A stretch of 64,000 nt of DNA from Candidatus Hydrogenedentota bacterium (GTDB taxonomy: Bacteria; Hydrogenedentota; Hydrogenedentia; Hydrogenedentales; SLHB01): NCBI GenBank assembly GCA_963745075.1, contig CAVUWV010000018.1, positions 64,001 to 128,000 on the forward strand, given 5' to 3'. The position numbers were made by a program, and so were the translations under genes. Under the pieces are notes generated by a model, which saw only the letters and a list, made by a program, of their open reading frames with translations, was not told the DNA's origin and did no database searches. Positions 39,730 through 48,730 of the stretch are shown here, piece by piece. Each line of letters starts with the position of its first letter. Position 1 is the first letter of the stretch.

Positions 39730-39801
39730 TGCCCCGACCGTGAATCGAACACGGATCTAATCCTTAGGAGGGACTTGTTCTATCCGTTGAACTATCGGGG
39801 C
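39730..39801 (-). tRNA. tRNA-Arg (anticodon CCT), CCA end not encoded
   Basis: GCCCCGA/TCGGGGC acceptor stem, GTTC-AACGGATA-GAAC D-arm, AGTCC-CTCCTAA-GGATT anticodon arm, CCGTG-TTCGATT-CACGG T-arm; TTGACA upstream at 39844-39839. Confidence 0.93.
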
Positions 39802-39986
39802 GGAAGGAAAGGTAGTAATAGCGGCTGGGGGCCGGTGTTGTCAAATGTGCGTCGTGCCCGTTTGGCAATTCCTCTCATTGGGTGAACAGGGGGACTTTCT
39901 GCGACGCGCCTTTTGCGCGTGTGTTGGCCGGGATGTGGTAGGCTGGAGCCGGTGTTTGACATGCGACCCGGGGAGGAATCTTTATC

Positions 39987-41186
39987 ATGATCGAACGCAG
40001 TTCACGACGCGGTTTCTTGCGGCAGGTGTCCGTTGGCGCGGGAATGGCAGGATTGAGCCGGATGGCGGCAGCGGCCGAAAAGCCGATCCAGGGCTTTGAT
40101 GAGACCAAGACGGACATCCAGAAGGACGCGGTCTGGCAGCCGGTGTCGGATCGCAAAGTGCGGATGGGCATTGTGGGGTACGGGGTGTGCAAGTTCGGCG
40201 CGGCGTTCAGCCTTCAGGATCATCCGAACGTAGAGGTTGTCGCCGTCAGCGATTTGTTTCCCGATCGGTGCGATGCGTTGGCCAAGGCGTGCCGTTGCGA
40301 AAAGACCTTGCCGTCGTTGGAGGAGATGGTCAAAGACGATTCCATCGAAGCGATCTTTCTGGCAACGGACGCGCCGAGTCACGGGCGGCACGCCAGGTTG
40401 GTGCTGGAGCACGGCAAGCACGTAGCGAGCGCGGTGCCCGCGGTGTATGGGTCTCTTGAGGAAGCGGACCAACTCTACGAGACCGTCAAGCGGACGGGGC
40501 TCACGTACATGATGTTCGAAACGTCGGCCTTCCGCGACGATTGCTACGCCATGCGGACGCTCTACGAAGCGGGGAAGTTCGGCAAGCTGATCTACACGGA
40601 GGGTGAGTACTACCACTACACCGCAACGCCCATCGACTCGTACAAGGGCTGGCGCATCGGAAGCCCGCCGTTGTGGTATCCGACTCATTCGACGGCCTAC
40701 CACGTTGCGGTGTCGGGCGAGCATTTCACGGAAGTCTCGTGTATGGGCATGCCGAGCGCGATGGAGCCCCTGCGACCCGAGAACAACCGGTACAAGAATC
40801 CTTTCGGCACCGAGATCGCCTTGTTGCGCGCGAGCGAGGGCGGCATGTCGCGGATGCTGATGAGCAAAGACTCCCCCGGTTACCATGGGGAAGTCGGGCG
40901 CGTCCGTGGACAGTTCGGTTCCATGGTTGGCACCAAATACGAAGGCAATGCCGATATCTCGGGAATCGAACTTAAAAAGCCGCCCCTGCCGCCGAACGTG
41001 CAACCCGGTGGCCACGGGGGATCCCACGGGTACCTGGGCAACGAGTTTGTTACCGCCATTTTGCAAGACCGTAATCCGCTCGTGCACATCGCATGGGCGC
41101 TGAACATGACGGTCTGCGGCATCGTCGCCCACGAATCGGCGTTGAAAGACGGAGAGCTACTCAAGATCCCTCATTACACAATTTAA
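39987..41186 (+). CDS. Gfo/Idh/MocA oxidoreductase with Tat signal
   Basis: SRRGFL; RMGIVGYG; GKHVASAVP; GGHGGSH. Confidence 0.88.
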   Translation: MIERSSRRGFLRQVSVGAGMAGLSRMAAAAEKPIQGFDETKTDIQKDAVWQPVSDRKVRMGIVGYGVCKFGAAFSLQDHPNVEVVAVSDLFPDRCDALAKACRCEKTLPSLEEMVKDDSIEAIFLATDAPSHGRHARLVLEHGKHVASAVPAVYGSLEEADQLYETVKRTGLTYMMFETSAFRDDCYAMRTLYEAGKFGKLIYTEGEYYHYTATPIDSYKGWRIGSPPLWYPTHSTAYHVAVSGEHFTEVSCMGMPSAMEPLRPENNRYKNPFGTEIALLRASEGGMSRMLMSKDSPGYHGEVGRVRGQFGSMVGTKYEGNADISGIELKKPPLPPNVQPGGHGGSHGYLGNEFVTAILQDRNPLVHIAWALNMTVCGIVAHESALKDGELLKIPHYTI

Positions 41187-41196
41187 CGATGAGCAG

Positions 41197-42813
41197 TCAG
41201 ATAGGTTGCAGGGCGTCGTTCATCTTTTCCAAGATGAACGCGACCATTTCGTGGGTGGTGGTGAGGGGGAGTTTGGTCAGGGCGCTGGGGGGACAGCCGG
41301 CTTTGTAGGTTTGGACGCTAATGTCGAGGCCGGCTTTGTTGAGTCGGGTGGCGAATTTTTGGGCGGGGGCAAGTTTGTGGAAGTAGACGCCGGCGAGGTG
41401 TCGGCGGCCTTCGATGGCACTGATGAGATGGTTATAGCGCAATGCGAGATCTTTCAGGCCGCGTTCGTAGGTCTCTCCCACTTCGCTGGTGACGTCGGCG
41501 TTGGCTTCGGCCCATCGCATCGTGACGAGGTACGCGAGGGAGGCCAACTCTTCCTGTCCGTTGGTGACGAGGGCGCCGAACTGGGGCAGGGTGTCCATGG
41601 AGGAATTGAAGAGAATGCGCGAGGCCGGAAATTCCCCGCCGGGGAACCCTTTGCCGACGGCGACGAAGGTGGGTTTGAGTCCATAATCGCGGAACAGAAA
41701 AATCTTCGGGCTCCAGACGCAGGACTGGATTTCGTCAGCGACGGTGGGCACGTCCCGCTTGCGGCATAGGGCATAGGCGCGGCGGATGAACTGGCGGGTG
41801 AGCCGTTTGCCGCCGTAGTTCATGAGGATGAGTTCGTGGAAGAATCCGGCGATCTTGTACGGTTTCTTGTCGTATACCTTGAAGACGGATTCCAACTCGT
41901 CCATGGCGTTGGGACGGACGCTCCGTATAATGAGGGCGCCTCCCTTTTCCAAGGACGTGCGCAGGTCGGCCCACATGCCGCGCATGCATTGGGTCAGGAT
42001 GGTGGTGCCATGGTAATTGGCCTGCAATCCACCTTCGTCGTCGCCGAGAACGACGATGACGGGGATGCGGCCCTTGTAGACGGGTTCGGGGGAATCTGTC
42101 TGGGCTTTGTAAAACCGGTTCAAGATCATCTTTAGTGCGGCCTCGGCAGCGAGGCTTCCGGTCTCGAGGTTCAGCACGCGGTTCGGCCGTGTCGTTCGGT
42201 TGGACGCGATTTGTTGCCGGACGGCGGCACTGTCGCCGGGCGCGATCCCGGATGCGACTCGGATCAGTTCTTCCTCCAGAAGCCGGGTGATGTGGCCGCG
42301 TGTGTTGTTATGTGTGGCGTTTGGGATTCCCAATTGGCGGGCATGATCGATCAACTGAAAGCCAGGGAATCCATGACCGAGAGGCGCGTGATAGTGTTCG
42401 CTCTTTGCGATGAAATGGAGACGGCCGTCTTCGCCAATCCGGTAGGTACCGTAAGCGGACAGGGGCGCGGCAGCGCGTTTAGAGGCGGCATTGAAACTGT
42501 CGGAGGACGCGCCGAGGGCGGTTTTTCGCGCGGACTTGGACCACGCCGTGCCGACATGAGCGAGCAGGCCGTACGCCGCGCGTTGCATGGACCGGGGATA
42601 AAAGTCCACCGGCCGCGCCGCGAGATCGCTTAGCCGCTGTTGACTCTCGCCGGTCAAGCGCGCGCGGGCGGCGCAGACGGCGTCCATATACAGGCGCCCC
42701 AACAAGTCGACGAGACTCAATTCGACGGGAACGAATTCGGTTTTGCTGCCCAGTGCCACGTAGACCCCCTTCAGTTGCGGCCGTTCAGGTTTGACTCGAC
42801 GGGATTGTATCAA
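41197..42813 (-). CDS. divergent class III aminotransferase-fold PLP enzyme
   Basis: TGSLAAEAALK, NYHGTT, ADEIQS, VAVGKGFPGG (PLP lysine); start uncertain. Confidence 0.78.
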   Translation of the reverse strand: MIQSRRVKPERPQLKGVYVALGSKTEFVPVELSLVDLLGRLYMDAVCAARARLTGESQQRLSDLAARPVDFYPRSMQRAAYGLLAHVGTAWSKSARKTALGASSDSFNAASKRAAAPLSAYGTYRIGEDGRLHFIAKSEHYHAPLGHGFPGFQLIDHARQLGIPNATHNNTRGHITRLLEEELIRVASGIAPGDSAAVRQQIASNRTTRPNRVLNLETGSLAAEAALKMILNRFYKAQTDSPEPVYKGRIPVIVVLGDDEGGLQANYHGTTILTQCMRGMWADLRTSLEKGGALIIRSVRPNAMDELESVFKVYDKKPYKIAGFFHELILMNYGGKRLTRQFIRRAYALCRKRDVPTVADEIQSCVWSPKIFLFRDYGLKPTFVAVGKGFPGGEFPASRILFNSSMDTLPQFGALVTNGQEELASLAYLVTMRWAEANADVTSEVGETYERGLKDLALRYNHLISAIEGRRHLAGVYFHKLAPAQKFATRLNKAGLDISVQTYKAGCPPSALTKLPLTTTHEMVAFILEKMNDALQPI

Positions 42814-42883
42814 AATAATGGCTATGGTGAGTGCATTGATGTAATCGTTGTTCCCCTTCCATTACCCATTGGAGATTTTTCTC

Positions 42884-43849
42884 GTGGCCTCTCTATTCAA
42901 TACAACACTCGAACCGTCTCGAATCTGCCTGGGTACGGCATCTTTCGGCTCGGACATATCCGAAGACACCGCATTTGCATTACTCGACGCTTTCGTAGAA
43001 TGCGGCGGAAACTTTCTCGATACGGCGCATATTTACGCAGCGTGGCGCGAGGGCAAGTGGGGCGCCAGCGAACGCACAGTCGGCAAATGGCTGGCTTCCC
43101 GTGGCGCGCGGAAAAACGTCGTGCTGGCCACGAAGGGCGGTCATCCTCCGCTGGATGCGCTGGACCAGGGGCGTTGCGGTCCGGAGGATCTCGAGAGCGA
43201 CCTCCGCGAAAGCTTGGACCGGCTCGGGGTCGACCGTGTCGACGTGTACTGGCTGCATCGCGACGATCCAGGCCGGCCGGTAGGTGAGATCGTGGAAACG
43301 CTGGCGGGGTTCATTCGCGACGGGCGCATTCGCTCCTATGGAGGTTCAAACTGGACCTGCGAGCGATTGGACGAGGCGAACGCGTACGCGCGGGATCACG
43401 ATCTGCCGCCTTTCGTGGCGAACCAGCCGGGCTGGGCCATGGTGGACCGTGCGTCGTCTGAGCCCCCCGTGCCGGGGATGATCTTTCTTAATAAAGTGGG
43501 CGTGGCGTGGCACAAGGAACGCAGGTTTCCCATGGCGGCGTATTCCGCCCAGGCAAAAGGCTATTTCGGTGAGGACAACGTCGCGTGGGCACGATTGGGC
43601 TCCTCGGGTCCGGTTCCCCACGGCGCCGAGTATGACTCCACGGAAAGCCGAAAGCGGCTGCTTGCCGCGTTGGCTCTCGCGGACATGAAAGGATGTACGG
43701 CGAACCAGATCGCCCTTGCGTATCTGATGCACCAGCCCTTCGTTGTCTACCCGATCATCGGCACTTCAAAGGTGGAGCGGGTCCGCGAAGCGGTGGCAAG
43801 CCAGTCGATCACGCTGACTCCGCAAGATCTGCAAGTCCTTACCGGATAG
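42884..43849 (+). CDS. aldo/keto reductase
   Basis: CLGT, GGNFLDTAHIY, LATKGGH, SLDRLGVDRVDVYWLHRDD, GGSNW. Confidence 0.92.
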   Translation: MASLFNTTLEPSRICLGTASFGSDISEDTAFALLDAFVECGGNFLDTAHIYAAWREGKWGASERTVGKWLASRGARKNVVLATKGGHPPLDALDQGRCGPEDLESDLRESLDRLGVDRVDVYWLHRDDPGRPVGEIVETLAGFIRDGRIRSYGGSNWTCERLDEANAYARDHDLPPFVANQPGWAMVDRASSEPPVPGMIFLNKVGVAWHKERRFPMAAYSAQAKGYFGEDNVAWARLGSSGPVPHGAEYDSTESRKRLLAALALADMKGCTANQIALAYLMHQPFVVYPIIGTSKVERVREAVASQSITLTPQDLQVLTG

Positions 43850-43876
43850 GTTTTTAGAAACCGTACAACATCGTCA

Positions 43877-43915
43877 TTGACAGTCTCAGCCTTCGATGAT
43901 ATCATTTTGATATCG
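43877..43915 (+). promoter_or_regulatory. SPFH operon promoter with palindromic operator
   Basis: TTGACA-N17-TATCAT; GATATCA-TTT-TGATATC inverted repeat overlapping the -10. Confidence 0.7.
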
Positions 43916-43936
43916 TATTGATAGGAGGGTTGTGCG

Positions 43937-44809
43937 ATGGTTACACAGGAAAAGGAAGTCAATGCCGTCAATGGCTGGGCCATTCTCGGGATCGTCATTC
44001 TGACCGGGTTCGCCCTGGTGGGGGGTCTGATTCACGCCGTTACCTACGAGAACGTGGCACAGGTCGTCGCGCTCGCCTTTGGGGTGGCGATCTGGATCTT
44101 CGTGGCATGCGGTTTTTTCACGCTACAGCCGAACGAAGGGGCGGTACTCGTCCTCTTCGGAGACTACCGGGGAACGGTCCGGACCTCGGGTTTCAAGTGG
44201 GCCAATCCACTACTGAAGAAGATCCGCGTGTCGTTGCGCTGGCGAAATTTTGACGGCGGCACGACCAAGGTGAATGACCTTCGCGGCAACCCTATCGACA
44301 TTTCGGCCGTCGTCGTATGGCGCGTTCAGGACACGGCTAAAGCGGTGTTCGACGTGGACCACTACGATCACTTCGTTTCGGTGCAGAGCGAGGCGGCGTT
44401 GCGGCATCTCGCCATGTCGTATCCGTACGACACCTTTGACGAAGATATACTTTCCTTGCGCGGCAGTCCGGACGAGGTGAGCGAAGCCCTGCAACGGGAA
44501 GTTCAAGACCGCGTGGCCAAGGCCGGTGTTCGCGTCGAGGAAGCGCGGTTGAATCATTTGGCCTATGCGGCGGAAATCGCTGGCGCCATGTTGCAGCGGC
44601 AGCAGGCGGACGCCGTTGTAGCCGCCCGCGCACGAATCGTCGAGGGCGCTGTGGGCATGGTCGAGATGGCGCTTGATAAATTGGAAGAGTACGGCAAAAT
44701 CGAGCTCGACGAGGAGCGCAAAACCGCGATGGTGAGCAATCTGCTCGTCGTGCTGTGTGGTCACCAGCCTGTACAGCCTATTGTGAACACGGGAACGTTG
44801 TATACGTAG
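43937..44809 (+). CDS. SPFH/band-7 domain membrane protein
   Basis: Two TMs, [41 protein letters not shown]. Confidence 0.92.
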   Translation: MVTQEKEVNAVNGWAILGIVILTGFALVGGLIHAVTYENVAQVVALAFGVAIWIFVACGFFTLQPNEGAVLVLFGDYRGTVRTSGFKWANPLLKKIRVSLRWRNFDGGTTKVNDLRGNPIDISAVVVWRVQDTAKAVFDVDHYDHFVSVQSEAALRHLAMSYPYDTFDEDILSLRGSPDEVSEALQREVQDRVAKAGVRVEEARLNHLAYAAEIAGAMLQRQQADAVVAARARIVEGAVGMVEMALDKLEEYGKIELDEERKTAMVSNLLVVLCGHQPVQPIVNTGTLYT

Positions 44810-44857
44810 CAATCAACGCAACCAGAGGTGGACCGGTAGCATGCGGCGGCACTTTAA

Positions 44858-45017
44858 GAACATCCCCCTTGATCCCCCTACAAAGGGGGAGTTACTCAAG
44901 CGAGTTTTGGGCCGGCGTTTGTTGTGCTCGTCCACGTATAAGGTTCTTGGTGGTTCTATCGCAACGCAAAGCGTTGCGATATCCTCCCCCTTTGAAGGGG
45001 GATCAAGGGGGATGTTC
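44858..45017. repeat. 160-bp MITE/REPIN-like element with 34-bp terminal inverted repeats
   Basis: GAACATCCCCCTTGATCCCCCTACAAAGGGGGAG (44858-44891) vs 44984-45017, one mismatch; internal perfect 11-bp hairpin at 44957-44981. Confidence 0.8.
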
Positions 45018-45072
45018 GTTTGCCAGATACCTGTCCGGAGTTGCCCGCACCTGTATTGACCGAGGAATTGTT

Positions 45073-45248
45073 TTGGCTCAACGGAAGTCGTTATTACTGA
45101 GACTGCCTCCTCAACTGGTTGACGAACTCAACCGTTGGGCCAAAGACGATCTGCGAAGTTTGAATGGCAGGTCGAGTATTTGCTCCGAGAGTCAGTGCGC
45201 AAGCGGCGCAAAGAACTGAAGGACGACGAAGAGGATCAAGCGGAGTAG
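45073..45248 (+). CDS. Arc/ribbon-helix-helix DNA-binding protein, frameshift near 45168
   Basis: TTG start with GAGGA RBS; RKSLLLRLPPQLVDELNRWAKDDLRSLNG then (Q)VEYLLRESVRKR after restoring one base. Confidence 0.75.
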
Positions 45249-45320
45249 GTCACAAGGGGGCGGATATCGCTATAGGTTGCGATTGAGGAGAACTTTCCTG
45301 ACCTTGGAGAACAAAACGAA

Positions 45321-45818
45321 ATGAGTCTGGCCTGGTTCGTTTTTCCGTTCTTAGCTATCGTTGCGGCGTTCGGGGCGCTTTTAGCCGTTGGCACCTTGGT
45401 TTCCCTGCGAAAGTCCCGTGCAACGATGCGTTGGCCCGCGGTGGAAGCGAGGCTGGCCGATGCCGGCGTCGAAGATGGCGACCGCTACGAAGACCAGAAA
45501 GTGATTTGCATCCGCTATTCGTATACGGTCGGCGGCGATACCTACACCGGAAAGGGGATACGCCCGCATCATTCCATAGACGAGGCAGACGGGCAAGAGT
45601 TGCTGGCGCGCGTGGGACGGAGCAAGACGTTTCTCGTACGCTACAACCCACGCGATCCGGAAGAAGCCTACCTTTTACCCGGCACCTTTCGAGATGAATG
45701 GGCGGCGTTGTATGCCGGCTTGCTCTTCCTCGTCGCAGCGACCCTCTTCATGCTGGTCTTCCACTTCATGACGGCTGGATCGGCGGACTACGCGTCAGCG
45801 GTGACGATTCTGGAGTAG
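45321..45818 (+). CDS. DUF3592-like membrane protein
   Basis: TM, WPAVEA, YSYTVGGDTY, VRYNPRDPEEAYL, TM. Confidence 0.8.
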   Translation: MSLAWFVFPFLAIVAAFGALLAVGTLVSLRKSRATMRWPAVEARLADAGVEDGDRYEDQKVICIRYSYTVGGDTYTGKGIRPHHSIDEADGQELLARVGRSKTFLVRYNPRDPEEAYLLPGTFRDEWAALYAGLLFLVAATLFMLVFHFMTAGSADYASAVTILE

Positions 45819-45825
45819 CTCCGCC

Positions 45826-46368
45826 ATGGGAACAAAACCCGCGACACGCCGGTCGAAGAAGGGAACACCGCTGGTCCGTATACTCGCCATCGGAATTGGA
45901 GCGTCCTTCGCCGCTTACGGTCTCTACACGAGTGTCGCGGAACTGAACCGCGTCATCCACGGTCACAACGTGGCAACGTGGCCGACGGTTGCCGCCACGA
46001 TTACGACCTGCGAATTGCAGCAGTGGACGGACGAAAACTCGACATCGTATCAATTGGATATTGCGTATGAGTACATGGTCGATGGCACAACGTACCGCGC
46101 GAGCGGCATTCATCCTGCTGTGCATGAGGGCAGAGAACCGGTGCGCAGCTTGTACCTGGCGCTGACGGGACACAAACGCGTGATGGTGCGATACAACCCG
46201 GATGATCCATCGGAAGCGTATCTTTTTGGGGGAATCTTCACGAGACACTTTGGCACGGTTTTTGGTCAACTGTCGTTCTTCGCGTTCGGTGTGCTGTTCG
46301 GTCTCGTCGTCCATTGCTCTCTGCCTTCGCGATCGCATTTCGCGAATCGGCTTGCCGTTGTCCGGTGA
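45826..46368 (+). CDS. DUF3592-like membrane protein (tandem paralog)
   Basis: TM, WPTVAA, YEYMVDGTTY, VRYNPDDPSEAYL, TM. Confidence 0.8.
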   Translation: MGTKPATRRSKKGTPLVRILAIGIGASFAAYGLYTSVAELNRVIHGHNVATWPTVAATITTCELQQWTDENSTSYQLDIAYEYMVDGTTYRASGIHPAVHEGREPVRSLYLALTGHKRVMVRYNPDDPSEAYLFGGIFTRHFGTVFGQLSFFAFGVLFGLVVHCSLPSRSHFANRLAVVR

Positions 46369-46476
46369 CACTGACTAAGCGCCGGGACTCTGACAGCGCG
46401 GATTCAAAGGTTCGTTTCTAAAGGGTGGAGACATTCCGATGGCTCCTCACGAAAGCGGGATGAACCGCTTGACAAG

Positions 46477-46527
46477 GGGAACGGGCGTCTCGCCCGTGGC
46501 GGGTACACGGGCGGGACGCCGTCTCCT
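46477..46527. repeat. REP doublet
   Basis: ACGGGCGTCTCGCCCGTG ... CACGGGCGGGACGCCGT inverted palindrome pair. Confidence 0.6.
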
Positions 46528-46620
46528 TGAACTCCATGCATACTCGGGTTGTATGCCCATACCAGGCACTCGCCATGCTATCCTTGAACGTAGCGCAAAA
46601 CGCAAGCGAGGAGAAGCCGA

Positions 46621-47420
46621 ATGCCAAATCTGAATGATTACCAGGGCTGGGCGTTTATCACGGGCGCGTCGGCGGGGATTGGGCAAGCGTTTGCTCGTGC
46701 GTTGGCGGCTGAAGGGGTCTCGTGCGTACTGGTTGCGCGCCGCGTCGATCGGCTGGAAGCGCTGGCGCAGGAGCTACGCGATTGGCATGGCGTCGAGTGC
46801 CGCTGCGTCGTACAGGACCTGTCAGCGACAGGCGCGGTCGAGTCGGTTGGTCGAAGCGGTCAAGGACATCCCCATCGGCATACTCGTGAACAATGCGGGG
46901 CTGGGGCATGCCGGACATTTCGAGTCGCGGGACCCGGCGCGTCTGGCGGCGATGATGCAGGTGAACTGTACACTGCCGGTACTGCTGACGCGGGCGCTGA
47001 TCCCGGCGATGGTGGAGCGAAAATGCGGGGCCGTGATTCTGGTCTCGTCGGTCCTGGGACTCGTCACGTGTCCCTATGAAGCGGTATATGCGGCAACGAA
47101 AGCGTTCGACTTGCACCTCGGGGAATCGTTGTACAGCGAATATCGCGGCACGGGGATCGACCTGATCACCTATGCCCACAAGCGACGAAGACAGAGTTCC
47201 TGGTCGCGCAGGGATTCTCGCAGGAGGAGTCCGATGCCCGGCACCGGTTTGCCAATCGGCCGGAGGACATCGTCGAACTCACGCTCCGAAACTTGGGAAG
47301 AAACCAGCGACGGGGCCATTCTTGACCACGACAGCGGACACGATCATCCGCTTTCTCCCGCGCAAACTCCGCGCAATCCTGGCGAGTCCCATGATGGCAA
47401 AGATCCACCTCGGCGAGTGA
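46621..47420 (+). CDS. SDR family oxidoreductase, multiple frameshifts
   Basis: ITGASAGIG, LVNNAG, YAATK spread over successive frames. Confidence 0.8.
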
Positions 47421-47635
47421 AGAAGGATTTAGTTATCGAAGTTTTCCGTTCGCATAACGATTAGGGTTGAAGTAGTGTACGTTCACTCAGAAGTTGGAGG
47501 ATGACCTGCTTGCTACGGAGCGCCAAACTACTTGCCACCCAGCTTGCAACACTTCTGTGCGACAGCGAAGAATTTCCACAAACCAATGCACAATAGACAC
47601 GTGGTTCTTCCGCTCTAAGAACCGCCGAGTAGGGG

Positions 47636-48730
47636 TCACTCGCCGAGGATGCCGCCTTGCATCTGGCCGAGACGGATGCCCTGGAGCATGAGGTTGAGTT
47701 CGGCGGGGTTGTCGGAGATTTCCATGGCGGTGTCGAGGGTGATGAGTTTGCCCTTCAGCAACGAGTAGAGGCTGTCGTTAAAAGAGAGCATGCCGTCCTC
47801 CCTCCCGGACTGAATGGCGATGGGGAGCTTTCCGAGCCGATTTTCTTTGATGAGCTTGGATACTGCCGGGGTGTTGATCAAGACCTCGCACGCGGGCACG
47901 CGGCCACTGCCCGACGCCCTCGGCAACAGGCGCTGGCACATGATGCCCTTGAGATTGAGCGAGAGCTGCGAACGAATCTGGTCTTGTTGATCCGACGGGA
48001 AGAGATCGACGATACGGTCAATCGTCTGCATGGCGTTCGCGGTGTGGAGTGTGGTGAAAACGAGGTGCCCCGTTTCCGAAGCGCTGATGGCGGCTTGAAA
48101 CGTTTCCAGGTCACGCATCTCTCCCACCAGGATAACGTCCGGATCCTGACGCATGACGGATTTTAACGCGACCGAAAAGTTGTCCGTATCGATTCGAATT
48201 TCTCGCTGGTTCACGACGGATTTCTTGTCGAGATGCGTGTATTCGATGGGATCTTCGATGGTGACGATATGGCATTTTCGGCGTTCGTTGATGTAGTCGA
48301 TAATCGCGGCCAAGGTGGTGGACTTGCCGCTTCCGGTGGTTCCGGTAATCAACACCAGGCCCCGAACCATCATGGCGAACCGCTCGGCGGCCATGGGCAG
48401 GTGCAGGTCTTCGAAATCGGGGATGTGGGATTTGATGTGGCGCATGACCATGGACACGGTCCCGCGCTGCTGGAAGATGTTGACGCGGAATCGTCCGAAC
48501 TCCGGGTCGGAATGGGCGAGGTCGACCTCGTGCTGCTTGTCGAAGAGTTCGCGCTGCGCCTCGGAAAGCAGCTCCGTCATCAGCCCTTGGATGTCGTCGT
48601 GTGTCAACACGCGCTTGCGCGGGACCAGCTCGCCGTCAATCCGGAAATACGGCGTGGAATCCGTTTTCAGATGGATGTCCGACGCCCCCTTTTCGGTGGC
48701 CCGTTGGAGGAGCTGGGTCAACAGCGTCAC
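47636..48730 (-). CDS. pilT: PilT/PilU family type IV pilus retraction ATPase
   Basis: ASDIHL, RFRVNIF, GTTGSGKST, TIEDPIEY, VGEMRD, TGHLVFTTLH. Confidence 0.9.
   Translation of the reverse strand: MTLLTQLLQRATEKGASDIHLKTDSTPYFRIDGELVPRKRVLTHDDIQGLMTELLSEAQRELFDKQHEVDLAHSDPEFGRFRVNIFQQRGTVSMVMRHIKSHIPDFEDLHLPMAAERFAMMVRGLVLITGTTGSGKSTTLAAIIDYINERRKCHIVTIEDPIEYTHLDKKSVVNQREIRIDTDNFSVALKSVMRQDPDVILVGEMRDLETFQAAISASETGHLVFTTLHTANAMQTIDRIVDLFPSDQQDQIRSQLSLNLKGIMCQRLLPRASGSGRVPACEVLINTPAVSKLIKENRLGKLPIAIQSGREDGMLSFNDSLYSLLKGKLITLDTAMEISDNPAELNLMLQGIRLGQMQGGILGE

Noticed and set aside
25500..39730. Genomic island integrated at tRNA-Arg
   Set aside because: No duplicate of the tRNA 3' end and no integrase seen
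44755..45219. 154-aa ORF spanning the inverted-repeat element
   Set aside because: The N-terminal part is read-through of the repeat; only the RHH portion from 45073 looks coding
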